The notes: generated by a model from the sequence alone, not told the origin. Positions 1 to 11,940 are shown, counted from the first letter of the whole stretch. The stretch: DNA of 63,675 bases, filler included, from Globobulimina sp. (GCA_003354225.1; 53 parts of 53 records of this genome joined end to end with filler, not necessarily neighbours in it), one strand, 5' to 3'. Numbers and translations: made by a program.

Positions 1-502
1 TACGGAAATGGTAAGTTGTCCTTTAGGCGAAATAAGCGTTGATATGAGGGACGAAAATCGTGTCCCCATTCAACGACACAGTGCGATTCGTCAATGCCGA
101 TACATGAAATACCAAATTTGTTAACATAAAGATTTGCCACTTCCTGTCGATATTACAACTAATGAGTCATTGCCATTTATTGTATGTACGATGGTTTCTA
201 ATTGATTTGCGCGAAATGAATTATGTGAAAAGTATTCTTGCAATATCGAGAAACACTCGCTTTCGATTGGTGAAGAGTGGGATAATGCCATTAGCTGACT
301 TGATAGTTACAAAATAGTTTTGGAAATGTTCGGAAATTAAATGGACACTGACTTGTCAGTTACGTTTAACGATCATTATGGGTCGCGATCAACACAACTA
401 AATTCTGTGGGTCTGAACGCAACGACGTTCGGCAGAAGTTACTTATCCGTTTACACTCCGTTTTAATTTTAATATCAGACAGATATTTTCAACCATATCT
501 AA

Positions 503-1104
503 ATGAAAACAGCATCAAAGACAGTAACGCAATCAACAAATGATGAAGAATCTGAAAATATTTCAAGTTTCTATTTATCTCAATCAACATGTACAACGAG
601 TAATGATTATGATTTGATTGATCTTAAATTAGCCGGCAATGATGACCAAAATCGTCAAATAAATAGGAAATTAGTCAAATTTGCTGGTGATCCATTAAAT
701 AATAATAGCACTATTTCTGTTAATAACAGCAATATAAAACACAATGTAACTAAATTAAGATTAAATATAAACAATCAATCTTCAAAATCATTTAAGAAAC
801 AGGCAGCCGATTCGGAATATAATATTGATCCGATTCGGAATCATTCCATCAAATCCCTGAAACAAAATGTTAATATAAATGTTTCGCTGATAAAGCAATG
901 TCCGAATATGGTGTATGGGAAATGTCGCTGTAAACACATATTAACACAAAACAAAGTAGCACAAAAAATATGGTCTGGGTGCTATCGAATTAATATTTTA
1001 AATATAAACTACAAATATGATAACAGAGAAATTGATATTGCATACTTTGACGGTTTATATGGTAAATTATCGGAGTATTTTCAATTTGAAGTTGGTTCCA
1101 ATCG
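503..1104 (+). CDS. Hypothetical Asn/Ser-rich protein, 3'-partial
   Basis: ATG-started ORF of ~200 codons running to contig end; no motif recognised. Confidence 0.4.
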
Positions 1105-1204
1105 NNNNNNNNNNNNNNNNNNNNNNNNNNNNNNNNNNNNNNNNNNNNTTAATTAATTAANNNNNNNNNNNNNNNNNNNNNNNNNNNNNNNNNNNNNNNN
1201 NNNN
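1105..1204. other. Artificial contig-joining spacer (N44 + TTAATTAATTAA + N44); first of 52 identical spacers recurring every ~1203 bp up to 62474-62573
   Basis: Identical 100-nt block with stops in all six frames between fragments of 1104/1103/1102 bp sorted by length. Confidence 0.99.
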
Positions 1205-2308
1205 GCTAAAAATAAAGAAATAGCAGCCTTAAAACAAGAGTTAATGTCATACAAAAATCAACAAGATATTATAACATATATTCGGCAAAATGTTGTGCAT
1301 AAAAACGATAAGAATGAGGAAAAAGAGCAACAAAATGAGTTTGAAATGTTGCAAAAACAAATCCAAACACAAATAAAACAAATTGGAAATGAATTACAAA
1401 ATATCCAACAATGTCTGGCCGTGGAGTCGCAAATTTGTATCGATGCCATTGAAAGCACGCAAGATAACATTAATATTTCTCAAATCCAATCGGAAATTGA
1501 GAATACAACACAATTCTCGTCGTTAGGAACCAGTATTTATCAAATAAAGGCGCAGCTGAATGATATATTCATTTTGATGCAGGATAACAATAACGAGCAA
1601 CATCAAAATATCGACGCAAATGAAGAGAACAAATGCGAATCCATCGATAGTGAGGATTCAGAAACGCGAAAATATTTAAGATTGAAAGAAAAAATCGATA
1701 ACGAAATGGATGAGATTGAACATGAACGACAACAGAAAAAACTGCTTGAACAGGAATTTAAAGAAGAGAAAGATTATCAAATTGAAGCGCAACAAACGCA
1801 GCAATTCATCGACAAACCACAGGAAAATGAAGAAAATTTAAAATTGTTTTTATTATTATTTGAACCGGAAATCAATAAACTTTGCTGCAAAATGGATAAT
1901 TTATTGCGATCGAACTGCACTGAAAATGATAAAATTTGTTTGCAAATCGCATCAAACCATAAATTGCTGTTAAGTGAGTCGAAGAATTTAAATCAATTTG
2001 ATATGAATAATAAAATAAGAATCAATGATTTATGGCATAAAATATCAAATATAATTAAAAAAGAATTAGAGCATCACCGGACACTCATTGCCTTGGAGAT
2101 ATCGCAGAATATCAAATATATTGCACACAACAATAATAATAATGGCTTCAGTGACCGCCAGGACGAAGCCATAAAATCTTACATTGCCAAAGTGGACGCA
2201 GCCAATACGAGTAAAATGGGCAAAAAATGGAAGGAATTGGAAGAAAAAATGACTAAATATCAACAGGATGCAAATGTGTTTTGGTCCACCAAAATGGAGA
2301 CAAATATT
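1205..2308 (+). CDS. Coiled-coil protein fragment (internal)
   Basis: Frame open across whole contig, E/Q/K/N-rich heptad-like composition. Confidence 0.6.
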
Positions 2309-2408
2309 NNNNNNNNNNNNNNNNNNNNNNNNNNNNNNNNNNNNNNNNNNNNTTAATTAATTAANNNNNNNNNNNNNNNNNNNNNNNNNNNNNNNNNNNN
2401 NNNNNNNN

Positions 2409-3263
2409 TTGAACGAATGGCCCCATTTATATTCAATCGAAACTAACACGGTCTTAACACCCAAAGGCAACTCATTAAATGGCAATGCATCCGCCGCCTT
2501 TTCTGCATTATACACCGTCTCCATTCTTATATATTACAACATGTTCAACCAAAAAACATTAAATTACCTTTCCGGACTTTTATAAATCCGACTTATTAAG
2601 TACGCAGAAACACGACTAATTTACAAATTTAACATAATAAAAGTGCAGAAAGATAATATTGTAATATTTATTATATACATATATAATGCCTATAATTAAC
2701 TCCTGAGTGTATTTATCGATTAAAGCAATGGTTAAATTATACGCTTCAGCCACATCGATACTGAATGGCGTTGTGCAAACCGCCTCCGCTGCGACAGATA
2801 ATTGTAAACCAATATAATTATTAAATTTATCTAAAGTATCTGTTGAAGCACCGAGGGCTGTTAAGGTTGCGATATCTTCTTTTCCCAAATCTATACCGCC
2901 GCCAATTCGAACACCTCTCAATGTGCCATCATCCAAAGGCTGGCCGCACTTGTTTGATGTCTCCGATTTGTATAAGATTACGTGACCACAACTTGCGAAA
3001 CTTTCCCAACAAAATATAAAATTACGATCGATGGTCGAATCATTGGTACTGACTGAACCATCAACTAAACCGGTTTTGAATAAAATATTTCTATTTTCAA
3101 CACAATAATCTTCAATATCTAAATATGGAAATAAGTGATTTAAATTTGGCTTACAAGTTGATGGCATATCCCAAGAATTTGAACAAGCTTCGGTTCCATC
3201 ATAACATCCAGCTGTAAATACTGATGATGTGCGTAGTATCAAACAAACGACTAAAGCAAGCAT
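2409..3263 (-). CDS. Secreted pesticin C-terminal-like (T4-lysozyme-fold muramidase) domain protein, intron-containing, 3'-partial
   Basis: Signal-like MLALVVCLILRTSSVFTAG; motifs IDRNFIFCWES, GVRIGGGIDLG, LTALGASTDTLDKFNNYIGL, PFSIDVAEA; after splicing (GT at 2700, AG at 2526, optional 48-nt exon 2568-2615) continues METVYNAEKAADALPFNELPLGVKTVLVSIEYKWG. Confidence 0.7.
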
Positions 3264-3654
3264 TGTTGAGTTAGTATTAACGAGGAGTTTAAGAGATAAC
3301 CCCTCCACAAGACTGACAAGAGATATTTACACAAAACGTTGTAGACGACATAAATGGCGGCTGCATTAAGTTGTACATATGAGGTGATTGCATCACAGAA
3401 GTTCAATTACATTATGGCAAGTATTTGCAACCACGTGATTACAACCAATACTGTCAACACACAGAGTGCTTTAGAAATCAATCAATTCCAATAATATATA
3501 AAACGACCTCATNNNNNNNNNNNNNNNNNNNNNNNNNNNNNNNNNNNNNNNNNNNNTTAATTAATTAANNNNNNNNNNNNNNNNNNNNNNNNNNNNNNNN
3601 NNNNNNNNNNNNCGTTTAATTCTCATACCCTCTGATATTATAAGCATTATATTT

Positions 3655-4090
3655 ATGTATTTCCATCTTATATTTCATTTCGATGTCATTCCTAAAATTG
3701 CACACTGTGCAACAAGCAATGTATTGGATGTAATAGCGAGTGAACCGAATGAGCCACCAACGCTTGTTATTGCTATAGATTCTGAATGTATTTATGTTGG
3801 TTTTGCTGGAGATGACGTGCCAAAATTAGCAGTTCCAAATATTATTTCCATTGTGAATGACGAAAATATATTGATCGGACATGAATTAAATAGCAATAAA
3901 TTCAATTTGAGCGCTGCAATCCGGCCGGTACAGTTTGGCGAAATCAAAGATTAATATTGAGCAAATACGTAGCAATTGATATGCCCGGTATTATTTTGAC
4001 AGAACTTGTGCCATTTTTATATACGACAGAAATTACAAAGTTTGCGTTTGAAGAGCTGAAATGTTCGAAATTTTATTTAAACATAACAAG
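3655..4090 (+). pseudogene. Degenerate actin/actin-related protein N-terminal fragment
   Basis: TLVIAIDSECIYVGFAGDDVPKLAVPNII and RPVQFGEIKD resemble actin LVxDNGSGxxKAGFAGDDAP and YPIEHGIVT; stop at 3952-3954, then VILTELVP..KFAFEELK remnants. Confidence 0.6.
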
Positions 4091-4154
4091 GCGTCTTCTA
4101 ATTTGTTCTTTTAATTTCGTTTGAAAGTATTATGGTTTGCGGCAAATGGAAATT

Positions 4155-4250
4155 GCTGGTTGGAGGGGGTTGGGTTGGTGGTGCGGTGCATGTGGGCGTG
4201 GTAGGCGTGGGCGTGGTGGGTGTGTCTGGCTGGCTGGCTGTCTGGCTTTT
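4155..4250. repeat. GT-rich low-complexity tract (GGTT/GTGGGC/GGCT units)
   Basis: ggttggagggggttgggttggtggtg...gtgggcgtggtaggcgtgggcgtggtggg...ctggctggctggctg. Confidence 0.6.
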
Positions 4251-4896
4251 AGTTGTGATGAGACAATCTTATCCCTCACAGAATTTAATCGGTGATTCGC
4301 TCGCTGTCAGAATCTCAGATGTTTAATAATTAATTATAATGCGACCAAATTGAAATTGATACGCAGTTTCAAAATATTGATGAAATATGGATAAATCCAC
4401 AATTTTCTCCGCATAATTCGATCGTGGTGGATTCCCTTGAGATTGAATCTTGCTTTTTTTACTACTTTTTGTATATCCATGTTGTGAATGTAATAATATT
4501 GATTGCATAAATTAATAATTGATAGACATATGTTATTATCACAAATAGCAGATACCAATAGTTAATATTGTTTGTAGATACCAAATGTAAACATTTGTAC
4601 AGACAAAACCTTCAAATTCACTAACACCTTTTTCGTACACTTTGAATTAATGCCGCATGGCTTTTCATTATAAAATGGTTTTTTGGTGCAAATATTACGG
4701 ATACGTGTTTTGGTTCNNNNNNNNNNNNNNNNNNNNNNNNNNNNNNNNNNNNNNNNNNNNTTAATTAATTAANNNNNNNNNNNNNNNNNNNNNNNNNNNN
4801 NNNNNNNNNNNNNNNNGCTGAATATGCATGTAGCCTAACTTTATTGTTTTCTTTAAGTGAAAAAAATCTTTTTTTGTTAGGTAAATTTAAAACTTT

Positions 4897-5920
4897 TTAT
4901 TTCATGAAATGTTTGGCATCCACAAAAATAATCGGATAATTACTATCCCCTCCTTCGTACTCAACCAATTCAACCTCATTAATGCCGCTTTCTTTCTTTA
5001 ACTCCGCAGCCATAATATCCGTTTTTTTGAGCAACGTTCCAGACTCATTAAGCTGCGGAACAGTATCAACTAAATGCAACGTTTTCTTTCCTGTGCGTTT
5101 TGTGATCACTTCATCCCATTCAACACTCCAATCACTATTCAATGAGAATGGAATTCGAACATCAAATTTATGCTTTTTAGTTTCCTCATAATTCTTTCTC
5201 AAATACATTGTAAAATGAGGGATAACAATCCGCCAAACCGACTCGAATACCGCTCCAAATATGTTCTCTTTACGGATATCCAAGCCTGAAATGTAAAAAC
5301 CTGCCTGGAATTTAATAAGCGACGCACTTTGATCTGGTTCCTGGTCCTCCTCATCGCCATATTTGATGGTCGTATCCTTGTCATTTGCGCGTTGTTTCAA
5401 TTCAAACAATAATTGTTTGCGTATTCTTAACAAGATAGATCTCTGAGTGCCGGATATATTGATACATCGCATACCATTCTCATCAACGTAGTTATTGATG
5501 ATTTGTAATATATATTTTGCACTCTTCACCGTATCGAAAGTAGGCGTACTGGATTCTAAATATTTGTTGTAGATGGAAACCACAATTAAAAAATCTAACT
5601 GTTCCGCTGCATATCTGTCGGCAACAAATTTATGAAATTCAAAGAGCATTTTTTTAGCTGAGTTAGAATCACAACCTATGACTTCATGCAAAGCCATATC
5701 ATAATTCTGATCGAATAATCTTGTGCCTAAATAAATATCTAATATACTGACACGAATATCTTTATTGCGGAAACACACCCTTTTTAACACAATCTCCCAT
5801 AAAAATAAAGACGTACAGAAATTAAAGGTCACAATCACTACAACGCCTAATAACTGCACACCAAAATGGCGAAATGAAGCTGCTGTGCCATGTCCATGAA
5901 TTAAGCCGGGTGTACCATAC
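4897..5920 (-). CDS. 5'-partial membrane protein: Amt-like last TM helix fused to an RGS domain
   Basis: Frame open from contig edge: YGTPGLIHGHG..FGVQLLGVVVIVTFNFCTSLFLWEIVLKRV..IRVS..DIYLG (Amt TM11 region), then FHKFVADRYAAEQLDFL..Y..AKYILQIINNYVDENGMRCINISGTQR (RGS signature); stop at 4897-4899. Confidence 0.65.
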
Positions 5921-6508
5921 NNNNNNNNNNNNNNNNNNNNNNNNNNNNNNNNNNNNNNNNNNNNTTAATTAATTAANNNNNNNNNNNNNNNNNNNNNNNN
6001 NNNNNNNNNNNNNNNNNNNNTATATATATATATTTGAGAGATAAAGTAATACGCAAATTCGCAAAAATAATTTTAATTATCTTAACTAGGGATCATCCAA
6101 TCAGTGGATCCAAATGATTTGAAAATATGTTTATTAAATGATTGTATTGAACCATTGCGCGTTGGGGATTTGGTTGTGATGAAATCTGGAACTGATTTAG
6201 GAACAGCATCTGGAGAAAAAAGAATGCCTCCATGGGGTTTCTCTGAACAAACCATTTAAAATTGTAACTCAATTTTGACATATATCCATCGTGTGATTCT
6301 TATCATCCATCAAACGGAAAATTTCAATTAACATTAAATACATTGTCGATTTATGTTGAATTTTCTGTAATTTTCCTCTATTTATTTTGGAGTTCTGTAG
6401 TTGCTTATTATGGTGTTAATGTTCTTACATTTGCAATAGTCATTGTCATTAAATTTAATAAGTGCAAGGATAAAGTTTTAAAAACAGAGTAACAGATCAG
6501 ATGCATGA

Positions 6509-7124
6509 TCAAACAGCTTGTAATTGTTGAAGTTTATCGTTTTTGTTATGTTTGGTTAATGGTTTGGAAATTAATGAATTAATAAGTTCAATTTGTACGT
6601 CTGAATCTTTTTTATATTGATTTTTAAGTAAATCCATTGCAAATTGCGGCAGTGGGACAATTGGATGAATATATAATTTTTTTATAAATAAAACCTTTTC
6701 AGAATGATGAGATAAATGCATTAATTGTTCAATTTCAGTATATTCGTAAACAGCAACAGTCCAACTCATTGTAATATTTTTAACAAATGATATCGCTCTA
6801 TGTTGTATCCAATCGATTTTCCATACTTCATTTGCATCCAAACTCATATTAAAATATTCAATCCAATCACAAAATGAATTTGCCCATGATTGAGAATCAA
6901 TGATTGAAGAACCCCATTCTTGCCATGAACTCATTGATGTCCACGAACTCCACGTTGACTGTGACTCATTTTCATTACAATTCTTCTTCTCTTCTTCTTG
7001 CTTTTGCTTTTCGTATTCCTTTTGATCAAATCCTGGTAATAATGGTAACAATGTCACATCAAATTTAATAACTTCACACAAATTGCCATTAGTATTTCCT
7101 TCAAATTCAGCACTGTTTGATTTA
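6509..7124 (-). CDS. Hypothetical protein, 5'-partial
   Basis: ~200-codon frame, Trp/Ser-rich centre, no recognised domain. Confidence 0.45.
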
Positions 7125-7224
7125 NNNNNNNNNNNNNNNNNNNNNNNNNNNNNNNNNNNNNNNNNNNNTTAATTAATTAANNNNNNNNNNNNNNNNNNNN
7201 NNNNNNNNNNNNNNNNNNNNNNNN

Positions 7225-8328
7225 AAAGATGCAGACTGGATGCAGTATTTTACATCATGGAGTCAATGGCATTATGATATTGCCGGTCCGGATAAGAATG
7301 ATGCCGTTAATTACAATGCATGGTTTATTCCCGCACCGTACCATGAGGCGATAGATGTGACTGATAAATATGTGGACAAATCATTTTATATCGACATCGA
7401 AGGCGATTATCCCACCAAATATTTGATCTCACCCAAATGTGACAGATGTGATGTCCATGATGCATATCACCAGCAATATAGTGATAAAACAGTGTATGAT
7501 TTATGTGATTTGCCGTTTGTTGACATTTTCTGAGCATATTCTTTTTTTTGTAAAGCTATAACATGAACCCAGCAGCATACGGACTGTTTTACGGCGTTCG
7601 AAGACCCGCATGCGATTTTGATTGGTATCTCTACTTTTTTATATATATAAATTGCAAATAAAATATCTTATTTTCCATGCAGGGATACGCTCGAATGTAA
7701 GACTTGTAAATGGAACCAAGACGGATTTATGAGTGGATATCCGAGGCCGTATGACTTAGCGTTGGAGGATACAGCTCAAAATGACCGAAACTTACCCAAT
7801 TTGATGATTGGTGTTTGTTTAACTGAGGTTCGTTCTGCATATCAACGTGCCACAGATGGCTTTTTCGAGTTTGTTGGATATGGCCCATTTAATTATAAAC
7901 CCTCTCTTGGTACTAACGGCAGGTTTTGTCAGTGCGCACAAATAAAATCTCCTGAAGTGCAGCATGTTGCTGTGTCGCAGCAAGAATACGATGCGAAATT
8001 GACACGGTTAGCAGTGCAAAAAAGTGAAGCGGAGAAATTATATCAATTAAAAGAGTTAAATAAAGGATCAAAATCGGATAATAATGTATATTATTTGTAC
8101 CAATCTGACTTTGAAATCGGTACATACCGCATTAGAGAGTCTGGCACCTACATTGTTATGGAAAATATCACAATCGATTTCAATGCGCCTCCCGCTCACT
8201 TGCAGAAAGAGGATGATTTCTCGCCAAACTCACCCGATTATGACTGGTGGTGGCCACCGAGAGATAGCGCACAAGAACAATATCCGGGAGCGGGTTATAA
8301 GGCGCGTGAACAATATATGTGGGGCTAT
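7225..8328 (+). CDS. Hypothetical protein fragment with two introns (7494-7555 and ~7625-7682)
   Basis: Splicing joins the 7240 and 7729 ORFs in frame (..KTV|YNMNPAAYGLFYGVRRPACDFDW|DTLECKTCKWNQDGFMSG..); later YLYQSDFEIGTYRIRESGTYIVMENI motif. Confidence 0.6.
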
Positions 8329-8428
8329 NNNNNNNNNNNNNNNNNNNNNNNNNNNNNNNNNNNNNNNNNNNNTTAATTAATTAANNNNNNNNNNNNNNNN
8401 NNNNNNNNNNNNNNNNNNNNNNNNNNNN

Positions 8429-9086
8429 TTGCTAGTTTATACTTTATCTCAGCATCTGTTTGAATAGTATTCCACAAAATATGTTCCTTTCTATCCTTTA
8501 TTTGAAGTGATAATATATTCCCATTTAATATCAACGAAATGTTATCATTTGTGCCAAATTTAATTTCATTAGAATCAATCCATGGAATCAATGATGTTTC
8601 CTTTGGTAAGACATTATGTCCACATCTTTCTCGATGAAACGTTCCCCAATTTCCAAATGCATAATAAATGCCACTCTCATTGTAAACAAAATCTTTATTA
8701 TTATTCCGACACTGATCACTCGATACAATCCCTATACAAAGTGATGGTGATTCAACATTACATTTATTAATTTTCAATTTCCATTTTATCTGCGAATGTG
8801 CATTTATTTGCATGTTACGTTGCGTATAAGTCGTATTCTCAAAATTTGTCTTTGCTTTGGATTGTTTTGTGATTGTCATTCTATTTTGAGACATTGTAAT
8901 TCCGTGTCCAAGTTTATCAAAATATTCCTTCTCAAAATAGTATAATAATATCATATAAGAAATCATATCAGGAACACTAATTTGCGAGCACTTCTTTTCT
9001 ATTTGTTTCATATAACCAAATATTAAAGACTTGATTTTATTATTTGCATTTTTGGCATCTTTGAAACGGACACTGGCAGTTGACAT
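8429..9086 (-). CDS. SPRY/B30.2-like domain protein with N-terminal LIFGY...VPDMISYMILLYY module, 3'-partial
   Basis: IKWKLKI..LCIGI..YYAFGNWG..FGTNDNISLILNG..L..IKYKLA pattern typical of SPRY-like beta-sandwich. Confidence 0.55.
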
Positions 9087-9201
9087 TATCCTCGTTGAAT
9101 CCTTGCATAAAATTAAAGTAAGTTGTAAAGTTTTTTATGTATGTTCCGAACTGATCATGTGATCAATAAACAAGAGCACTAAACACCAAAGCCGAACAAA
9201 C

Positions 9202-9532
9202 ATGTCTCTGCGATACAACATGATTATATACCTAATTATATTAATATCGCAGGTAAATCCATTGCTATTAAAACAGCTAAATTGTGTAACCAATATCCAT
9301 AACACTGGTGATTGTATAATTAACTGTAGCACACAAAATTGTACACATAAATTAATTGATGCTAAAAAGTATAAATCATTATCAATTTTATGCATTGACA
9401 ATCCAAATGACTCCACATGCGAAGGCACAGAAATATTATGTCCAATTAATGGTATTTGTAACTTAAATTGTGAACTACAAAATGGATGCATTAATATGCA
9501 TATTTATGCAGATGGACATTACTCACAATTCC
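9202..9532 (+). CDS. Cys-rich secreted/surface protein, 3'-partial
   Basis: Hydrophobic N-terminus; repeated CxIxC..C..IxC motifs, similar to 58968-59390. Confidence 0.55.
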
Positions 9533-9632
9533 NNNNNNNNNNNNNNNNNNNNNNNNNNNNNNNNNNNNNNNNNNNNTTAATTAATTAANNNNNNNNNNNN
9601 NNNNNNNNNNNNNNNNNNNNNNNNNNNNNNNN

Positions 9633-10736
9633 TGTAACAATGGGAGTTCGTCCGGATCCGCCTGCCATATGTACCTAGGGAATGAGAGCAAATCCGCCAG
9701 CTATTATTCATTGAGTAATGATGAGATCTCCACCATTTATAGCAATAACACGGCCACACTATATTTAGGCGATAGGTTTGCGTATTCAAGCGATGTTTCG
9801 TCCATTTTTATCTATGGTTTGGATTTGCAAGCATCCGTTTTGTCAAATCTATATATTTTATCATTATGCACAAATAACAGTGAAATTATTTTCAATAATA
9901 ATGAAAACATATTTAATTCAATGAATGTTAATTTCTATTCAAATGGAAATATTTTATTATTCGCAGCAGCATCGGTACATTTAAATGGTACACCTGCAAA
10001 TTCTTTATTATTGCAAACAAATTATAATTGTAATAATATAAATAATACGCTAGAGATCTGTAGGAATTGTTTTATATCAACCTCTGGTGGCTCAAATGTA
10101 AGATATTATGGAGGCGACCTGTCATTTTTAGGAAATGCCTCATATATTAATGCCTCGCAATCAATAATCACAGTGTCCGAAAGATGCTCAACAAGTTATT
10201 CAATGTTGGTTGGCGGCCTAAATGACAGAACAGCTGCAAATAATACATATGCTATGACATTATTAAACAGTGAGTTGTCTTCATTATATTCATCATCGAT
10301 TACATTTGATTCTTATTCTGGTTCAATTTATGTTGCTGGCTTTGAGCAATCAATTGATATGAATGGCATTGCAGGCGGTGACATTACAATATGTGCACAA
10401 ACAGTAAATTCAAGCAATCAATATATTACATTTGATGAGTCTGCAACATTATTTTCGTCCAATCAACATCTATCAATTATTGCTAATCGTGGAATTAATA
10501 TCAATCAAAATATCTCAACCTCGAATGCTTCCGTAACATTTGAATTTTTACAAAATAATATTATTATTCAACCAAATGTAAACGTATTGATTGAGGGCAA
10601 CATTGATTTTATAACAGCAGCCTCACCCAATCACAAAGCAATAAATATTGTCTCATTGCCAGTAAGCATAGCCGCATTATCTTTGAATTCAAATTTAACC
10701 ATTTCAACATCAATAATTGCAAATAGATCAACATCA
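9633..10736 (+). CDS. Large Ser/Asn/Ile-rich probable beta-helical surface protein, internal fragment
   Basis: Frame open through contig; alternating beta-strand-like pattern, few charged residues. Confidence 0.5.
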
Positions 10737-10836
10737 NNNNNNNNNNNNNNNNNNNNNNNNNNNNNNNNNNNNNNNNNNNNTTAATTAATTAANNNNNNNN
10801 NNNNNNNNNNNNNNNNNNNNNNNNNNNNNNNNNNNN

Positions 10837-11148
10837 TTTCAAATTTAAATTAATTCGAGAATATATTAGAGCTGTTGTTCCACCTGAAATAATCTTTTTT
10901 CCATTGAAATGCGCAGATTTTATATCAATCTGAAAGAATGATCCGCAGCCACCGGAAGTATCATAAACAGAAAGTTCAATTGGTTCTAGTGCCGATTCCA
11001 ATTTGCGTCTAATTTTAGATTCAAATGATTCATTGTCTGTGCAAAAATATTTAGACCTATATCTCATTGCATATAATGAGGGATCCGTTCCATTCAATCG
11101 ATTAACATGAAAAATTCCATTCAAAAGTCTTTTTCTGATTATATTCAT
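10837..11148 (-). CDS. BolA family protein (BolA3-like, mitochondrial presequence)
   Basis: ESKIRRKLESALEPIELSVYDTSGGCGSFFQIDIKSAHFNGK; 3' end diverges or is truncated. Confidence 0.8.
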
Positions 11149-11343
11149 AGCCGTTCAAAAGTTGCAATGCTTACTGAAAAATTTAAAGTGCAAAAACTTT
11201 CAACTGTAAAAGATGAAAAAAAAAAGTTATTAAATTAAAAAGTACAATTCAACAATTAAAATGAAATTTGTTTCAGTTTAGAGACAAAAAGTATAAATAT
11301 ACAATGATAGTTAGTGCCAAATACATGCATTGGTTTTAGATGT

Positions 11344-11739
11344 TTATACTTCAACATCTGTACTGATCATTGGGATCTCTTTGTCATCTTTTTCTTGTTT
11401 TTTGTTTGATTTTTTACCTTTATATTTTTTTCTGGTTAAACAACAACCGCATACGCTCAATATTTGAGCAATTGTGATAGTGATTGATATACCAAACGAT
11501 AATAATCGCCACCAATTAAATCCACATTTAGCCATAGAAAGAACTGAAAAAAATGGCCCAACAAAAAGCATCGATCCAAATAAATCATACCACATATATT
11601 TCTCTGCACACTCTCCTAATTCACATTCTTTCCATGAGCCTTCATTTTGACACTCCACATACAATCTTAATCCAAACAATCCAACCGATGCAATTGCATA
11701 ATAAATTAAACTACAACAATAACCAAATATTTTGCACAT
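11344..11739 (-). CDS. Small Cys-rich multi-TM protein
   Basis: Complete 131-aa ORF with three hydrophobic segments and basic tail. Confidence 0.55.
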   Translation of the reverse strand: MCKIFGYCCSLIYYAIASVGLFGLRLYVECQNEGSWKECELGECAEKYMWYDLFGSMLFVGPFFSVLSMAKCGFNWWRLLSFGISITITIAQILSVCGCCLTRKKYKGKKSNKKQEKDDKEIPMISTDVEV

Positions 11740-11848
11740 TATTTCTTAAATTCGCTTCAACGTTCAAGCTATTCTGTTGTTATGATATCCTGGCACTTGG
11801 CTAAAACTAAAAGTTTTTTCGGACTAAAAAAAACACATTAATTTGATC

Positions 11849-11940
11849 ATGGCACAGCAGGCAAACAATGAAATCAGAAAAGCACAGCAACTTTCTCAAC
11901 AACAAGCGTCACAGCAACAAGGCATGCAACAGAAAGTAAA
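11849..11940 (+). CDS. Gln-rich N-terminus of a gene, 3'-partial
   Basis: ATG at 11849: MAQQANNEIRKAQQLSQQQASQQQGMQQKV. Confidence 0.35.

Noticed and set aside
1149-1160. Regularly spaced TTAATTAATTAA repeats as CRISPR-like, telomeric or regulatory array
   Set aside because: Always embedded in N-runs at fixed length; artificial six-frame-stop linker
4132-4326. Gly/Val-rich 64-aa ORF
   Set aside because: Translation of a GT-rich low-complexity tract
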